Positions 47,636 through 58,506 of a DNA stretch of 64,000 bases are shown one piece after another. Every line of letters begins with the position of its first letter. Positions within the stretch are counted from its first letter, which is position 1. The notes beneath the pieces are model-generated. The model was not told the origin of the DNA. It did not search any database and saw only the letters and a program-made list of their open reading frames with translations. The translations under genes were made by a program, and so were the position numbers. Source of the DNA: Thermoplasmatales archaeon SW_10_69_26 (GTDB taxonomy: Archaea; Thermoplasmatota; SW-10-69-26); the NCBI GenBank assembly GCA_003009755.1, contig PXUB01000038.1, positions 8,946 to 72,945 on the forward strand, written 5' to 3'.

Positions 47636-48610
47636 ATGCCGGAGATGACGCTGGTCGACTCGGTGAACGATGCCCTGCACACGGCGATGGACGAGGACGA
47701 CCGCGTCGTCGTCATGGGCGAGGACGTCGGCGTGAACGGCGGCGTGTTCCGCGCCACCGAAGGCCTGCACGACAGCTACGGCGAGGAGCGCGTGATCGAC
47801 ACGCCGCTGGCCGAGGCCGGCATCGTCGGTACCGCGCTCGGCATGGCCATGTACGGCCTGCGCCCGGTGCCCGAGATCCAGTTCATGGATTTCATCTACC
47901 CCGGGTTCGACCAGATCGTCAACGAGATCGCCAAGCTCCGCTACCGGTCCGGCGATCAGTACGAGGCGCCCATGGTCATCCGCACGCCCTACGGCGGCGG
48001 GATCCGGGGTGGCCACTACCACAGCCAGTCCAGCGAGGCCTACTTCACGCACACGCCCGGCCTCAAGATCGTCGTCCCCAGCACGCCCCAGGACACGAAG
48101 GGCCTGCTGTTGAGCGCGATCGAGGACCCCGACCCGGTCATGTTCCTCGAGCCCAAGCGCGTCTACCGCGCCGTCAGCGACGACGTCCCCGAGGGCCACT
48201 ACACCGAACCGATCGGCGAAGCCCGCCTCGCCCGCGAGGGCGAGGACGTGACCCTGATCGCGTACGGCGCGATGCACCACGTCGCCATGGAGGCGGCCGA
48301 ACGAGCCGCCGACGAGGGCGTCAGCTGCGAGGTCGTCGACCTGCGCACCCTGGTGCCCTTCGACCGTGAGACGCTCGAGGAATCCGTCACGAAGACCGGC
48401 CGCGCCGTCATCGTCCAGGAAGCCCCCCGCACGGCCGGGTTCGCCGCCGAGCTGTCCGCGTTCCTGCACGAGGAGTGCATCCTGCACATGATCGCACCCG
48501 TCCAACGCGTCACAGGCCTGGACACCCCGTTCCCGTACACGCTGGAGGAGGAGTACCTCCCCACACCCACGCGCGTCCTGGATGCGATCGACGAGACCCT
48601 GACCTATTGA
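47636..48610 (+). CDS. pdhB: 2-oxoacid dehydrogenase E1 beta
   Basis: GEDVG.NGGVFR, DTPLAE, EIQF.DF, HSQS. Confidence 0.92.
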   Translation: MPEMTLVDSVNDALHTAMDEDDRVVVMGEDVGVNGGVFRATEGLHDSYGEERVIDTPLAEAGIVGTALGMAMYGLRPVPEIQFMDFIYPGFDQIVNEIAKLRYRSGDQYEAPMVIRTPYGGGIRGGHYHSQSSEAYFTHTPGLKIVVPSTPQDTKGLLLSAIEDPDPVMFLEPKRVYRAVSDDVPEGHYTEPIGEARLAREGEDVTLIAYGAMHHVAMEAAERAADEGVSCEVVDLRTLVPFDRETLEESVTKTGRAVIVQEAPRTAGFAAELSAFLHEECILHMIAPVQRVTGLDTPFPYTLEEEYLPTPTRVLDAIDETLTY

Positions 48611-48621
48611 GGTGACACACG

Positions 48622-49956
48622 TTGACCGAGGACTTCCACTTCGAGCTTCCCGACGTCGGTGAAGGCGTTCACGAGGGCGAGATCGTCAACTGGCTCGTCA
48701 GCGAGGGCGATCAGGTCGACGAAGACCAGGACATCGTCGAGGTCATGACCGACAAGGCGACCGTCCAGATCTCCGCTCCCGTCGCCGGCACGATCAAGGA
48801 GCTGCGTTACGACGAGGGCACCGTCGTCGACGTCGGCGACGTCTTCGTCGTCATCGGTCCCGAGGGCGCGGTCGAGACCGACGAGGAGGAGACCGCCGAC
48901 ACCGGCGGTGAAGACGGCGCCCCCGAGGCCGAGGCCGGCGAGACCGAGGCCGAGGAGGACGAGGACGAGGACAAGACCCTCTTCGAGCTGCCCGAGGGGC
49001 CCGGCGGCTCCGAGGACGAGCGCCGGCCCGCGCGTCAGCGCGAGTCCACGCCGTCGAGGTCGGGTGAGGTCCTCGCGATGCCGCGCGTTCGCCACGCCGC
49101 CAAGGACCGCGGCGTCGACCTGGCCAGCGTGCAAGCCACCGGCTCCCAGGGCCACGTCACCCTGCAGGATCTCGAGGCCTACCTCGAGGGCGAGGCCGGC
49201 GGCTTCGAGCTCGAGCACTTCGACTTCGACCTGCCCTCCGTCGACCGTGACCAGGCGCGCGAGGTCGAGCCGCTCAAGGGCCTGCGCAAGCGCATCGCGG
49301 AGAACATGACGCGCGCGAAGACCCTGCAGCCGCACTTCACCTACGTCGACGAGCTCCGCGCCGACGAGCTCGTCTCCACGCGCAACGAGCTCAAGCAGCT
49401 CGGCGAGAAGCGCGACGTCAACGTCACCTACCTGCCCCTGCTCGTCAAGGCCGTCGTCCGCGCCCTCCGCGAGCACCCGCGCTGCAACGCGCTCATCGAC
49501 GAGGAAGACCAACAGCTGGTGATCAAGCAGCCGATCAACGTCGGCATCGCCGTCGCCACCGACCGCGGCCTCGTCGTCCCCGTCGTCAAGAACGCCGACG
49601 AGAAGACCCTGCTCGAGATCGCCTCGGAGATCGAGACGCTCGCCCAGAAAGCCCACGAGAACCGTCTCTCGATGGACGACCTCACCGGCGGCACGTTCAC
49701 GATCACCAGCCTCGGCGCCGTCGGCGGCATGCTGGCGACCCCGATCCTGTTCCATCCCCAGGTTGCCATCATGGGCGTCCACGCCATCCGCGATGAACCC
49801 GTCGTCGAGGACGGCGAGGTCGTGCCCGGCAAGAAGATGAACCTCTCGTTCACCTTCGACCACCGCATCGTCGACGGCTACGACGGTGCCCTGTTCGCCC
49901 AGGACGTCAAGAAGTACCTCGAGGACCCGAACCTGTTGCTGCTCGAGGGCCGCTGA
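48622..49956 (+). CDS. pdhC: Dihydrolipoamide acyltransferase E2
   Basis: Lipoyl domain EVMTDKA, E3-binding domain, catalytic DHRIVDG. Confidence 0.93.
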   Translation: MTEDFHFELPDVGEGVHEGEIVNWLVSEGDQVDEDQDIVEVMTDKATVQISAPVAGTIKELRYDEGTVVDVGDVFVVIGPEGAVETDEEETADTGGEDGAPEAEAGETEAEEDEDEDKTLFELPEGPGGSEDERRPARQRESTPSRSGEVLAMPRVRHAAKDRGVDLASVQATGSQGHVTLQDLEAYLEGEAGGFELEHFDFDLPSVDRDQAREVEPLKGLRKRIAENMTRAKTLQPHFTYVDELRADELVSTRNELKQLGEKRDVNVTYLPLLVKAVVRALREHPRCNALIDEEDQQLVIKQPINVGIAVATDRGLVVPVVKNADEKTLLEIASEIETLAQKAHENRLSMDDLTGGTFTITSLGAVGGMLATPILFHPQVAIMGVHAIRDEPVVEDGEVVPGKKMNLSFTFDHRIVDGYDGALFAQDVKKYLEDPNLLLLEGR

Positions 49957-50029
49957 CGTCGCCCGGGCCCCGGCCAGCCGCCGCCGGCACCCGTCAAGCC
50001 TTTGAGACGGGTGCGGGTTGGCCCTCGCG

Positions 50030-50587
50030 ATGCTGGAGACCCCCGTCCTGGCGTTGACGATGGGCACGTGGACGATGCTCGGCCTGCTGGGCGTGTTCGC
50101 GCTCGTCGGGCTCGTCGCCTTGACGAGCAAGGGCCACGACCCGGCGGCAAGCCACGGCGAGCGTCGCCGCTACGTCTTCGGGCTCGGCAAGTACCCGCGC
50201 CTGCACGCTCTCCCCGAGCTGCGTGATCTGCCCGCCACCGTCGAACCGCTCGGCCCCGAGGGCCTCCGCAAGCTCGGCAAGAAGGCCGATGCCACGACCG
50301 GGCTCACCACGACCAAGTACCGCATCCCCGAGGGTCGACGTCCCTGGCAGCTGTCCGCCGACATCCCGGATACGGTCGAGGCGATCGAGATCGAGCGCGA
50401 GGGCGGCCGGCTTTGGTTCACCGCCGACGGCCACCTCACCGCCGAGCCGCCGCTCACCGAGGACGAGCTCGACACGGTCGGCGATCTCCTCTACGACGTC
50501 GAGGACCGCCCCGATCTCCGCGCCGACCGACGAACGTGGGCCCACAGCGTCGAGAGCCCCGAGAAGATCAACGCGAAGCGCGTGTGA
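50030..50587 (+). CDS. Membrane-anchored hypothetical protein
   Basis: N-terminal TM, acidic soluble part, host-like codons. Confidence 0.6.
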   Translation: MLETPVLALTMGTWTMLGLLGVFALVGLVALTSKGHDPAASHGERRRYVFGLGKYPRLHALPELRDLPATVEPLGPEGLRKLGKKADATTGLTTTKYRIPEGRRPWQLSADIPDTVEAIEIEREGGRLWFTADGHLTAEPPLTEDELDTVGDLLYDVEDRPDLRADRRTWAHSVESPEKINAKRV

Positions 50588-50756
50588 GGCCCGACTTTCG
50601 CTGGGGCTGGGCGGCCCCTCCCGCGCTTGGTCTCCCTGCTTTCCCTCCAGCCTTAGAATCGTCGGTCCTCGGGCTTGACTGGTGAGCCCGGCCTCCTCCT
50701 CCGGCGCAGGGGTCCGTGTCCCGTGGACGGCCCGTTCCAGCACCTGAGTTCACGCG

Positions 50757-51554
50757 CCGCTGTCATGGTAAGCGGGTGGACGGGTCTTGGTTGAACAGCC
50801 AGGCGAACGCCTGAGCCCACGCCTCGACCTCGTCTCTCGAGGCGTTGGCCGGCCAGCGTCTGCGGAACGGGCCGATCCGCTCTTTGAGCAGGCCAAACCA
50901 GGTTTCCACGGTGTTGCGGACCCCGCCCGCGGTGACCTGCCACGCCAAGCCCAGCACGTTGAGCGGCCAGGGGTACCACACGCCCCGGTCGACGTGGATC
51001 GCCGGCCGGTTGTCACACCGGGCCAACACGCCCTTCACAAAGCCCAGGGCCTCCACGCTGCTGCGGCCCTGAGTGAGGGCGACGTGGACGAGTTGCTGGG
51101 TATCAGGGTCGACGGCGGCCCACAGGAACAGCTCGGTGAGATGATCGCCGGCATCCTTGTCGCACTCCTCGGGCCACTCGGATCGGGGTTGCTCGATGGG
51201 CAGACTGGTCTCGTCAATGACCAGCCGCTCGTGGCGTTGGACGGATTGCTCGCGGAACAGGTGGCTGGCGCGGCGGTACCAGGCGCTGATCGGGTTGTAC
51301 GTGACCGGTTCAGCAAGCAGCGACACCAGTTGGCTGGTTCGCCGGCAGCTTAGGCCCGCGTGGTGCAGCAACAGGCTGAGGGCGCGGGTTCGGGGTTGCT
51401 TGCGGTCACGGTCGAAGATGTCTTCTTGGGTGAGGCGCTGGGTGAGCGTGCCGAGCAGGGCGTCGTTTTGGTGGAACACAACGGGCCCTGCTCGATGTTC
51501 TTCCTCGTTGTTGTGGTTCGTGTTCGGGTGGCTCCCCGCTTAACTAGACAGTCC
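50757..51554 (-). mobile_element. IS6-family insertion sequence (about 800 bp)
   Basis: Imperfect TIRs CTGTC-ATGG-TAAGCGGG (50760) and, on the reverse strand, GGACTGTC-TAGT-TAAGCGGG (51554); no flanking direct repeat seen. Confidence 0.82.
50763..51479 (-). CDS. IS6-family DDE transposase
   Basis: IDET, LWAAVDP, HVDRG.WY, NTVETWF..LKER; GLSCR HTH. Confidence 0.88.
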   Translation of the reverse strand: MFHQNDALLGTLTQRLTQEDIFDRDRKQPRTRALSLLLHHAGLSCRRTSQLVSLLAEPVTYNPISAWYRRASHLFREQSVQRHERLVIDETSLPIEQPRSEWPEECDKDAGDHLTELFLWAAVDPDTQQLVHVALTQGRSSVEALGFVKGVLARCDNRPAIHVDRGVWYPWPLNVLGLAWQVTAGGVRNTVETWFGLLKERIGPFRRRWPANASRDEVEAWAQAFAWLFNQDPSTRLP

Positions 51555-51603
51555 GTGGGAGTCCGCTAGGAACATTTAAGTCATGGTCCGAGGACGACAG
51601 GCT

Positions 51604-54511
51604 ATGCCGCGGATGTCTCTCGGCATCGTGGCGGCCTTGGTCCTTCTCCCAGGTTCGTCGATTCAGGCCGTGGCCTTTGGTATTTCTCCGGATGTAAACC
51701 CGGGCCAGGCAGCTGTAGAGATAGAAGAGGATCTGGCCCTGGCTCCCCGCGGAAGTATTGTGATTGAGGGCGACGAAGACTTTGAAGAGCGAACCGAGAT
51801 CAGCGGCGTCCGTGGTGGGACCGGAAGCCCTGACGATCCCTATGTCATCAGTAACTGGACGATCGCATCCACTGGTAGTGTTGGTATTCAACTCCGAGAC
51901 ACCAGTGCCCATGTTGTGATCCAAGATATCTTAGTCTCAGGCACTCCGCCAGCAACCTATGGGATCCATCTGGAAGGGGCAGAGAATGTAACTATCCGGG
52001 ATGTCCACATCGCGAGAACAAGCACGTTCCACACTCCCTTGGATGACATTCGAACTGGGATCATGGTCGAAGACTCCTCGAATGTGAAAATCGAGCGGAG
52101 CCAGATAGCGCCCCTCAGCACGGACCGCAGCCGCGCCTTCGTAATTGGATTGAGGGTGATGGATAGCACCCAGGTTGTTACCGAGAACGTGAGTATTGAG
52201 GCCGCTCGGACTCCCATTTCGGTCCAGCGGTCTTCGGCTCTTCGTGTAGCGTCAAGTACTCTGGCGGAGGATCCTGAAGAGCTTGTCGGGGATACGACAG
52301 TGTATCTCTTCCGTCCGGAGAACGTGACATTTGAGGAAGTTCTCTTTGACGGGGTTGGGTTGGATACTGAAGATACCACCAATCTCACATTCAGGCGAAA
52401 CGTAATTGCTGCTGACTCGGGTCGCGCTGGCGAGGTCTTCTCAAATCCGTTGGAAAGCGGAATCTCTTCGTTCGGGAAAGCCCAATCCATCGAGATTTGT
52501 GGGAGTGTCTTTAAGGATTTGACATTCGAGGCTGTGGCGATCGAAGGAGCGAACATAGAGATCCGCGGTAATCAGTTCCTAAACAATACAGACGCGCTTT
52601 CGATTCGGTCGTTTAGCGGAGGGGCTGAGATCCTACGCAATGAGTTCAAGGCCGTTGACCAGAACCTGGATCTCAAGTCCCCTGCTGCTCAAGTCCACGA
52701 GAACTCTTTCCCGGAGGACGCTTTCGACTCCTCTTTGTTTGTCAACGATACCAACGCCTCAGGGAATTGGTGGGGCCACCCGAGCGGGCCGTCGGTCGAG
52801 GGGGAGTCTGAGTCGGGTGAAGGCCATCCTGTACATATCCTCTCGGCGAATGTCACGTTCGCTCCAAACTTGACGGCCGAACCCGAAACCGGGCCCTCAT
52901 CGGTCGATTGTGGTGGCCACGAAGGTCCTGTTGGTGTCCAGGCCAAGCCGAATCTGGTAGCCAGTGCCCGCGCTGGGGTGCATCTCTCCTCCAACCTAAA
53001 CGAGAAGGTGGGCTCGGTCCACCTCAAGGCGAAGGCCAAGGTATCGACGGATGCAGAAACGTTCGAGGTATCGATACCCGAGCAGACACCGTCTCCGCTT
53101 AGCGAGGGGGCGGAGACGCGACCGGACGCTCGTGGAAGCCTTCAAGATCGAGGGCGATGAAGAGTTAGCTAAGCATCCGGCAGTGCGTGGAGGCGATGGC
53201 TCACCTGATGATCCCTATCGCATTTCCGATCTACTCGTGATCCAGGACCAGGTGTACGGGCTATGGTTGGCGAACGTGACCAGCCACGTCGTGATCCAAA
53301 ACGTGATCGTTGATGGATCCAAGCTGGCGACGACAGAGACTGTTCGGTGTACGACAGACACTGGGGATTGCGGGTTAACGCGGGGGCTTTTCCTGAATAA
53401 CGTGACAGATGCTACGGTCCGAGATGTTCGATTAGAGGACCAGTTCTGGGGGGTCCTCGTATCCGAGTCGGGTTCGGTGAATATGAAGCGAGTCGAGCTG
53501 GGTTTTCCTGCCACGCGAACCCTCAACCCTCTCTCGAACGAGACGGCGACGGCTACCACCTTTACTCGGGGATTCGATGTCTCTAATACGGGAGAACTGG
53601 CCCTGGAGAACGTGACTATCGGTGATGCTAGGGTTACATTCTCGGCTCGAAACATGGAACGGTTAGAGCTGACGAACACAGAGTTCAACGGTCGCTCGTC
53701 GGAAGCTATCGTTCAAAATGTTAGGGAAGTTGAGGTCTCACAGTCGGTATTCTCGAAGGTCCAGCTCTTGGTGGAGGAGCAGTCTGAAAACGTGACGATC
53801 GTTGGGAGTAAGTTCGCGGAGTCTCCTGGGGTCGCGATGCGCGTCCACGCACGTACCGATGCGCCCTCGGTGGAGTTGATCCGTGTATGCGGGTCCTTCA
53901 TTCAAAAATCTACAGGGAACGAAGCTCTTGATCTCTCCCGAACCAAACGGGTGGAGGTAATCGGCGCAACGTTCGAGGACACTGGGGGAGGGATACAAGC
54001 CCCGGACGCTAGCGAAGGGATCGAGGTGCGTCACTCGTCGATCACAAACACCTCCGGACCAGGGCTATTGCTTAAAGGATCAGGTATGGAGGTTCACAAC
54101 AACTCAATCGCAGGTAACGGCGATGCGAGCATACTAGAGGCTCACGAATGGGGAAACGCCTCTCACAACTGGTGGGGTGATCCAGATGGGCCGGACATCA
54201 AGTTCGAGGAAGGGCCGGGTGATGGGGACGATCTCTGGCCTCCTGTGAATGTCACTTTCCGTCCCTTCCTGTCTGGGCCACCGGAGACGGGCCCGTCGGC
54301 GGTGGATTGCAGGGGTTCGGGGACTGATCCTGGCGTGAAGGCTGAGCCGTCGATTCCTGTCGCCGCCCACGCGGGAGTAGGTATCGAGCATACCGTGAAT
54401 GTCAATGAGAAGATCGCCGACCGCCGCGTGAAGGAGAAGGCCAAAGTGAAGGCGGAGGCCGAGGCCAGTATCGGCCCGGTCGCGATCCCCACGGATCCGC
54501 TCCCCGAGTGA
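51604..54511 (+). pseudogene. Secreted tandem right-handed beta-helix (NosD/pectin-lyase-like) protein split by a 1-nt frameshift at about 53140
   Basis: ORFs 51583-53160 and 53051-54511 are paralogous (IEGDE...RGG.GSPDDPY.IS; NWWG.P.GP; PETGPS.VDC); removing one C at 53139-53140 gives ARGSFKIEGDEE, matching PRGSIVIEGDED; lower GC. Confidence 0.75.
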
Positions 54512-54775
54512 TCTGGCATATCTAGCCCTGGAGGACACCGGGGCCTCCTTCCCCGATTTCTTTCTCTGATCAGGCAGGTGTCTCGTCTTCTGTTCCTCTG
54601 CCTTCTTTTCTACCACCTCCCCCCTCCAAGTTAGCCTCTGTGCCTAGCGGTCACGAGGTACGCGCAGGATCACCGCAACCCCTCGCTCGAGGGACCCCCG
54701 GGCTCGACCACAGGCTTCGGGTTCCTCTGGGGCAACGGTGAGACGACCGATCAAGCGCGAACGGGCCTGCAAGGG

Positions 54776-55360
54776 GTGAACCTGGGCCCCGGTGACACCG
54801 ACGTCACCGGCTTCGGCGCGACCGCGTCGGTCGGCCTGGACCCGTTGAACCCCGACGGGGCCTATGCGGATAGCCCTGTCGGCTCTGCAGGCGCGACCGT
54901 GGGCGCTGTTCCCATCGAAGCCGTGGACGAGGTCGTGTACCACTACAACGTGCCGAACCCGATCTCGGACCCCGATGGGGGTATCATCCAGACGTACATC
55001 TACGTGCAGAACGAGCCAGGCGCGACGACCTTCGGGTCCAGTCCGATCACCGATCCTTTCGACCCTTCGCAGTTCTCGTGCCTGATCTTCGCCACCGAAG
55101 TCCCCCTCGAACAGACGGACGGCTGGCAGAGCTTCACCGTGGACGACGACACGCCGATGCACGACGGCGGTGGGGTCTGCGCCGGTAGCGAGGATGCTCC
55201 CACGACGTTCGGGGAGTACAAGGACGCGAACGCAGAGAAGACGCTGCAGACGACGATCGTCCAGACCCGCTCGGAGCCCGGGTCCACCTGGGAGGCCGGG
55301 AACCCCGTGTTCGTCGACGACGTGAGCGCCACCCTCGACCCGAGCCAGCTCGTCGGCTGA
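54776..55360 (+). CDS. Acidic beta-rich hypothetical protein, possibly 5'-truncated
   Basis: Host-like codon usage, surface-protein-like composition but no signal peptide. Confidence 0.55.
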   Translation: MNLGPGDTDVTGFGATASVGLDPLNPDGAYADSPVGSAGATVGAVPIEAVDEVVYHYNVPNPISDPDGGIIQTYIYVQNEPGATTFGSSPITDPFDPSQFSCLIFATEVPLEQTDGWQSFTVDDDTPMHDGGGVCAGSEDAPTTFGEYKDANAEKTLQTTIVQTRSEPGSTWEAGNPVFVDDVSATLDPSQLVG

Positions 55361-55733
55361 GGTCCGAGCCCCTGCCCTTCATCGAGCGGGGGGCCGACGG
55401 GCCCGGGGCAAGGAGGCCTCGACCGGGCCGAGGCATCCGCGTCGTCAGCCCGGTGCCTGGCGTGGCGGTGGATGCGGCCCGGGCAAGGGCCCTCGCGGTC
55501 GGCCTCCCCGGTCGGCCTGGGATCCCGGCGCTGGCGCAGCCTCGGAATCGACGGAGGCGACGCGGTCGGCCCCGATCCGATCCGTCCCCGAGGCATCGCC
55601 GGAGTGCTTCACGACCAGCCCGGACCGGCCTGGGTCCGGCCCTCTATGGTCGAGGCCCACCTGCCAACCGGTGAGGGAACGGCGCGGTCCGAGGCTTTTT
55701 CGTCCCCGTCCCCATGCGGGGACGAGAACCGCC

Positions 55734-57116
55734 ATGACAGATGACACCGACCTCCTCGTCGTCGGGGGCGGGCCCGGCGGCTACCACGCCGCGATCCGCG
55801 CCGCCCAACTGGGCCTCGACGTGACCTGCGTCGACAAGGGCTCCTTCGGCGGGGTCTGCCTGCACTGGGGTTGCATCCCGTCCAAGGGCCTCATCGGGAT
55901 GGGCAAGCTCGTCGACGAGATCCGCGAGTGGAGCGAACGCGGCCTCGAGGCGAGCGACCTCGAGGTCGACCTGGCCGAGACCCAGGAGTGGAAGCAGGGC
56001 CAGATCGACCAGCTGGCCCGCGGCGTCAAGCACCTGATGAGCAGCCGCGGCGTCGACGTCCGCGAAGGCACCGTCCGCCTGACCGGCGAGAACGAGGCCA
56101 CGATCGACGGTGAACCGATCACGTTCGACCAGGCCCTCATCGCCACCGGCTCCAGCCCGATCGAGCTGCCCCACATCCCCTTCGACGGCGAGACGGTGCT
56201 CGGCTCGCGCGAAGCGCTGGCGCTCGAGGAACCACCCGAGTCCCTGGCCGTCATCGGCGGCGGCTTCATCGGGCTCGAGATCGGTCAGTTCTACGAGCAG
56301 CTCGGGGCCGACGTCACCGTGGTCGAGATGCTGGACTCGGTCCTCCCCACCGCGGACGACGACCTCGGTGAGGAGCTGGGCCGCCAGCTCACCAAGCGCG
56401 GCCTCACCGTCCACACCCAGACCGAAGCCACCGACGCCGACGTCAGCGACGATGGCGTCCGCCTGAGCCTCGACGGCCCCAAGGCCGAACAGCTCGAGGC
56501 CGAGAAGCTGCTCGTCGCCGTCGGCCGCCAACCCAACACCGAAGGCATCGGCCTGGCCAAGGCCGGCGTCGAGACCGAGGACAGCGGCCACATCGCGGTC
56601 GACGACCAGATGCGCACGAGCAACGACGACATCTTCGCCATCGGCGACACCGTGCCCGGGCCCGCGTTGGCGCACAAGGCCAGCCACGAGGGCATCCACG
56701 CCGCCGCCGTCGCGGCCGGCCAGGACCACGTCGTCGTCGACTACCGCGCCATCCCGTGGTTCTGCTACACCACGCCCGAGGTCGCCGGCGTCGGCCTCAC
56801 CGAGGAGGAAGCCCGCAGCCAGCACGAGGACCCGATCGTCGAGCAGTTCCCCTTCGCCGCGCTCGGCAAGGCCAAGATGAGCGGCCACACCGACGGCTGG
56901 GCCAAGGTCATCGCCCGGCAGGACGGCGCGCTGCTCGGCGTCCAGCTCGTCGGGCCCGACGCCACGAACCTCGTCGCCGAGCCCGCGCTCGCGATCGAGA
57001 TGGGCGCCACGCTGACCGACGTGGCCGAGACCGTGCACGCCCACCCGACGCTGGCGGAAGTGTTCCTCGAGGCCGCCGAGGCCGCCCAGGGTCACCCGGT
57101 CCACGTCTCCAAGTAG
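55734..57116 (+). CDS. lpdA: Dihydrolipoamide dehydrogenase E3
   Basis: GGGPGGY, GGVCLHWGCIPSK, GGGFIG, HAHPTLAE. Confidence 0.96.
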   Translation: MTDDTDLLVVGGGPGGYHAAIRAAQLGLDVTCVDKGSFGGVCLHWGCIPSKGLIGMGKLVDEIREWSERGLEASDLEVDLAETQEWKQGQIDQLARGVKHLMSSRGVDVREGTVRLTGENEATIDGEPITFDQALIATGSSPIELPHIPFDGETVLGSREALALEEPPESLAVIGGGFIGLEIGQFYEQLGADVTVVEMLDSVLPTADDDLGEELGRQLTKRGLTVHTQTEATDADVSDDGVRLSLDGPKAEQLEAEKLLVAVGRQPNTEGIGLAKAGVETEDSGHIAVDDQMRTSNDDIFAIGDTVPGPALAHKASHEGIHAAAVAAGQDHVVVDYRAIPWFCYTTPEVAGVGLTEEEARSQHEDPIVEQFPFAALGKAKMSGHTDGWAKVIARQDGALLGVQLVGPDATNLVAEPALAIEMGATLTDVAETVHAHPTLAEVFLEAAEAAQGHPVHVSK

Positions 57117-57384
57117 ATCGTCTCGCCCGCCTGACGACGTCTCCCTCGGCCACGTGGGTCCGAGGGAGTCCTCCCAGCTTGTCGCCCCGGTCTGGTTATC
57201 GGGAGGGAACGCCCGATCGAGCCAGGCTGGTTCGAGCTCCCGTGAGGGTCTGGATGATCATCGACGGAGCCTGGCCGACGTCTCGTCCCTCTTCCCGGGT
57301 GGGCCTCCCGGCTGGGCGCTTGCTTTCGGGGGGCGAAACCCAATGCTTACATAAGGCGGGGCTGTCGCATGCAACGAGTCCGCC

Positions 57385-57537
57385 ATGCCCGGCACGAACA
57401 TCTGCGAGAAGTGCGGTCAACGCCGCAAGTCCGAGCGCCACGACTGCACGCCCTCCGCCGTCGAGAAGCAAGAGCGCATCGAGGAGAAGTTCGGCAACCT
57501 CCCCTCGGACCTCGGCGAGCCCGAAGACAACGAGTGA
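57385..57537 (+). CDS. 50-aa zinc-finger micro-protein (not in ORF track)
   Basis: MPGTNICEKCGQRRKSERHDCTPSAVEKQERIEEKFGNLPSDLGEPEDNE; CxxCG..HxC; TATA-like CTTACATAA about 30 nt upstream. Confidence 0.75.
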   Translation: MPGTNICEKCGQRRKSERHDCTPSAVEKQERIEEKFGNLPSDLGEPEDNE

Positions 57538-57577
57538 CGATCCGGCCGTCGGGCGCCGCCGGTCGCCGGCGGGCCCG

Positions 57578-58336
57578 TCCACCGTACATCGGGTGCTCGT
57601 CGGGCTGACCCGCGCCGGCGCCCGCCTGCTTTTGCATCATCCGCAGCGTCCGCTCGATGTTCTCGGCCTCCGTGTACAGCGGCTTGACCTCGATGTCGAC
57701 GTGATCGAGCAGATCGTCGACCGCCTCGATCACGCGCGCCGCGGCCCGCGCGTCCGGGTAGTTCGGATTGGCCTCGGCCAGCAGGCTCAGGCTGGGCATG
57801 TCTTCTCGCTTGCCCAGCGAGAGCAGCACGCCGCTGACACCCGTGATGATGCCGTTCGAGAACGTCTGGAGGTCGGCGGCGTCGAGCTTGTCCCGCAGCT
57901 CGCTCGTCGACGCGAGCCCGTACACCTCGACGTCCTCGTCCTCCTCGTCCGTCTCCTCGTCGGTCACCAGTCCCTCCGGCGAGACGACGAGCTGGCTGTC
58001 GTGCTCGAGCGCGAAGTCCAGGATCGTCTCCGCGATCGGCCGCACGAGGTGCTTGTCCGGCTGGAACTCGGACACGAACACGCACACCTGCTCGCTGGCG
58101 TAGATCCGCACCGGGAACATCGGCTCCCCGTCGCGCACGATCGACACCGTCGGGAACGCCGGCGCGTCCAGGATGCCCACCTGCTCGAGGTCCAGCAGAT
58201 CGATCAGGTAGTTGGCGCAGATCGTGGACACCAACCCGACCGAGGGGAACCCGTCGACGACGGCCGCCCCCGAGAGATCGACGTCCTCGTACAGATGCAC
58301 GTCCAGGTCCACGCCCCGGTTCCCGTCCGATGCCAT
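57578..58336 (-). CDS. PAC2-family proteasome assembly chaperone (expected stop after MYG is absent; ORF runs on to 57347)
   Basis: GFPSVGLVSTI, FP.RIY, GIITGVSG, YPDARAAA, HbYX-like MYG followed by GGA instead of a stop. Confidence 0.85.
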
Positions 58337-58506
58337 ACCCCCGGCACGCCCGCCGCCGTACTTCAACGGCCAGGGTTCGGGACCCCATCCCTGTCGCCTG
58401 CAACCCCCGACCGATAGCAGGGAAACCTTTTTGCCCTCGTAGTCTCAGTCGGCGGTCGGCAAAGGTTACCCCGGGACGCACGCCCGCGTCCCACCCAACG
58501 ATCAGC

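Noticed and set aside
45569-48505. Long antisense and alternative-frame ORFs (e.g. 45569-48505, 2374-4566, 36218-38245, 41611-43605)
   Set aside because: Shadow ORFs expected in high-GC DNA opposite well-supported genes; Arg/Gly/Val-biased with no motifs
50749-51562. Target-site duplication or composite transposon around IS6
   Set aside because: Flanks (TTCACGCG vs GTGGGAGT) do not match and no second IS copy is seen in the window
55361-55733. Small ORFs or ncRNA upstream of lpdA (also 57117-57340 and 59401-59733)
   Set aside because: GC-rich with some short stems, but no duplication, motif or credible coding signal to support a call
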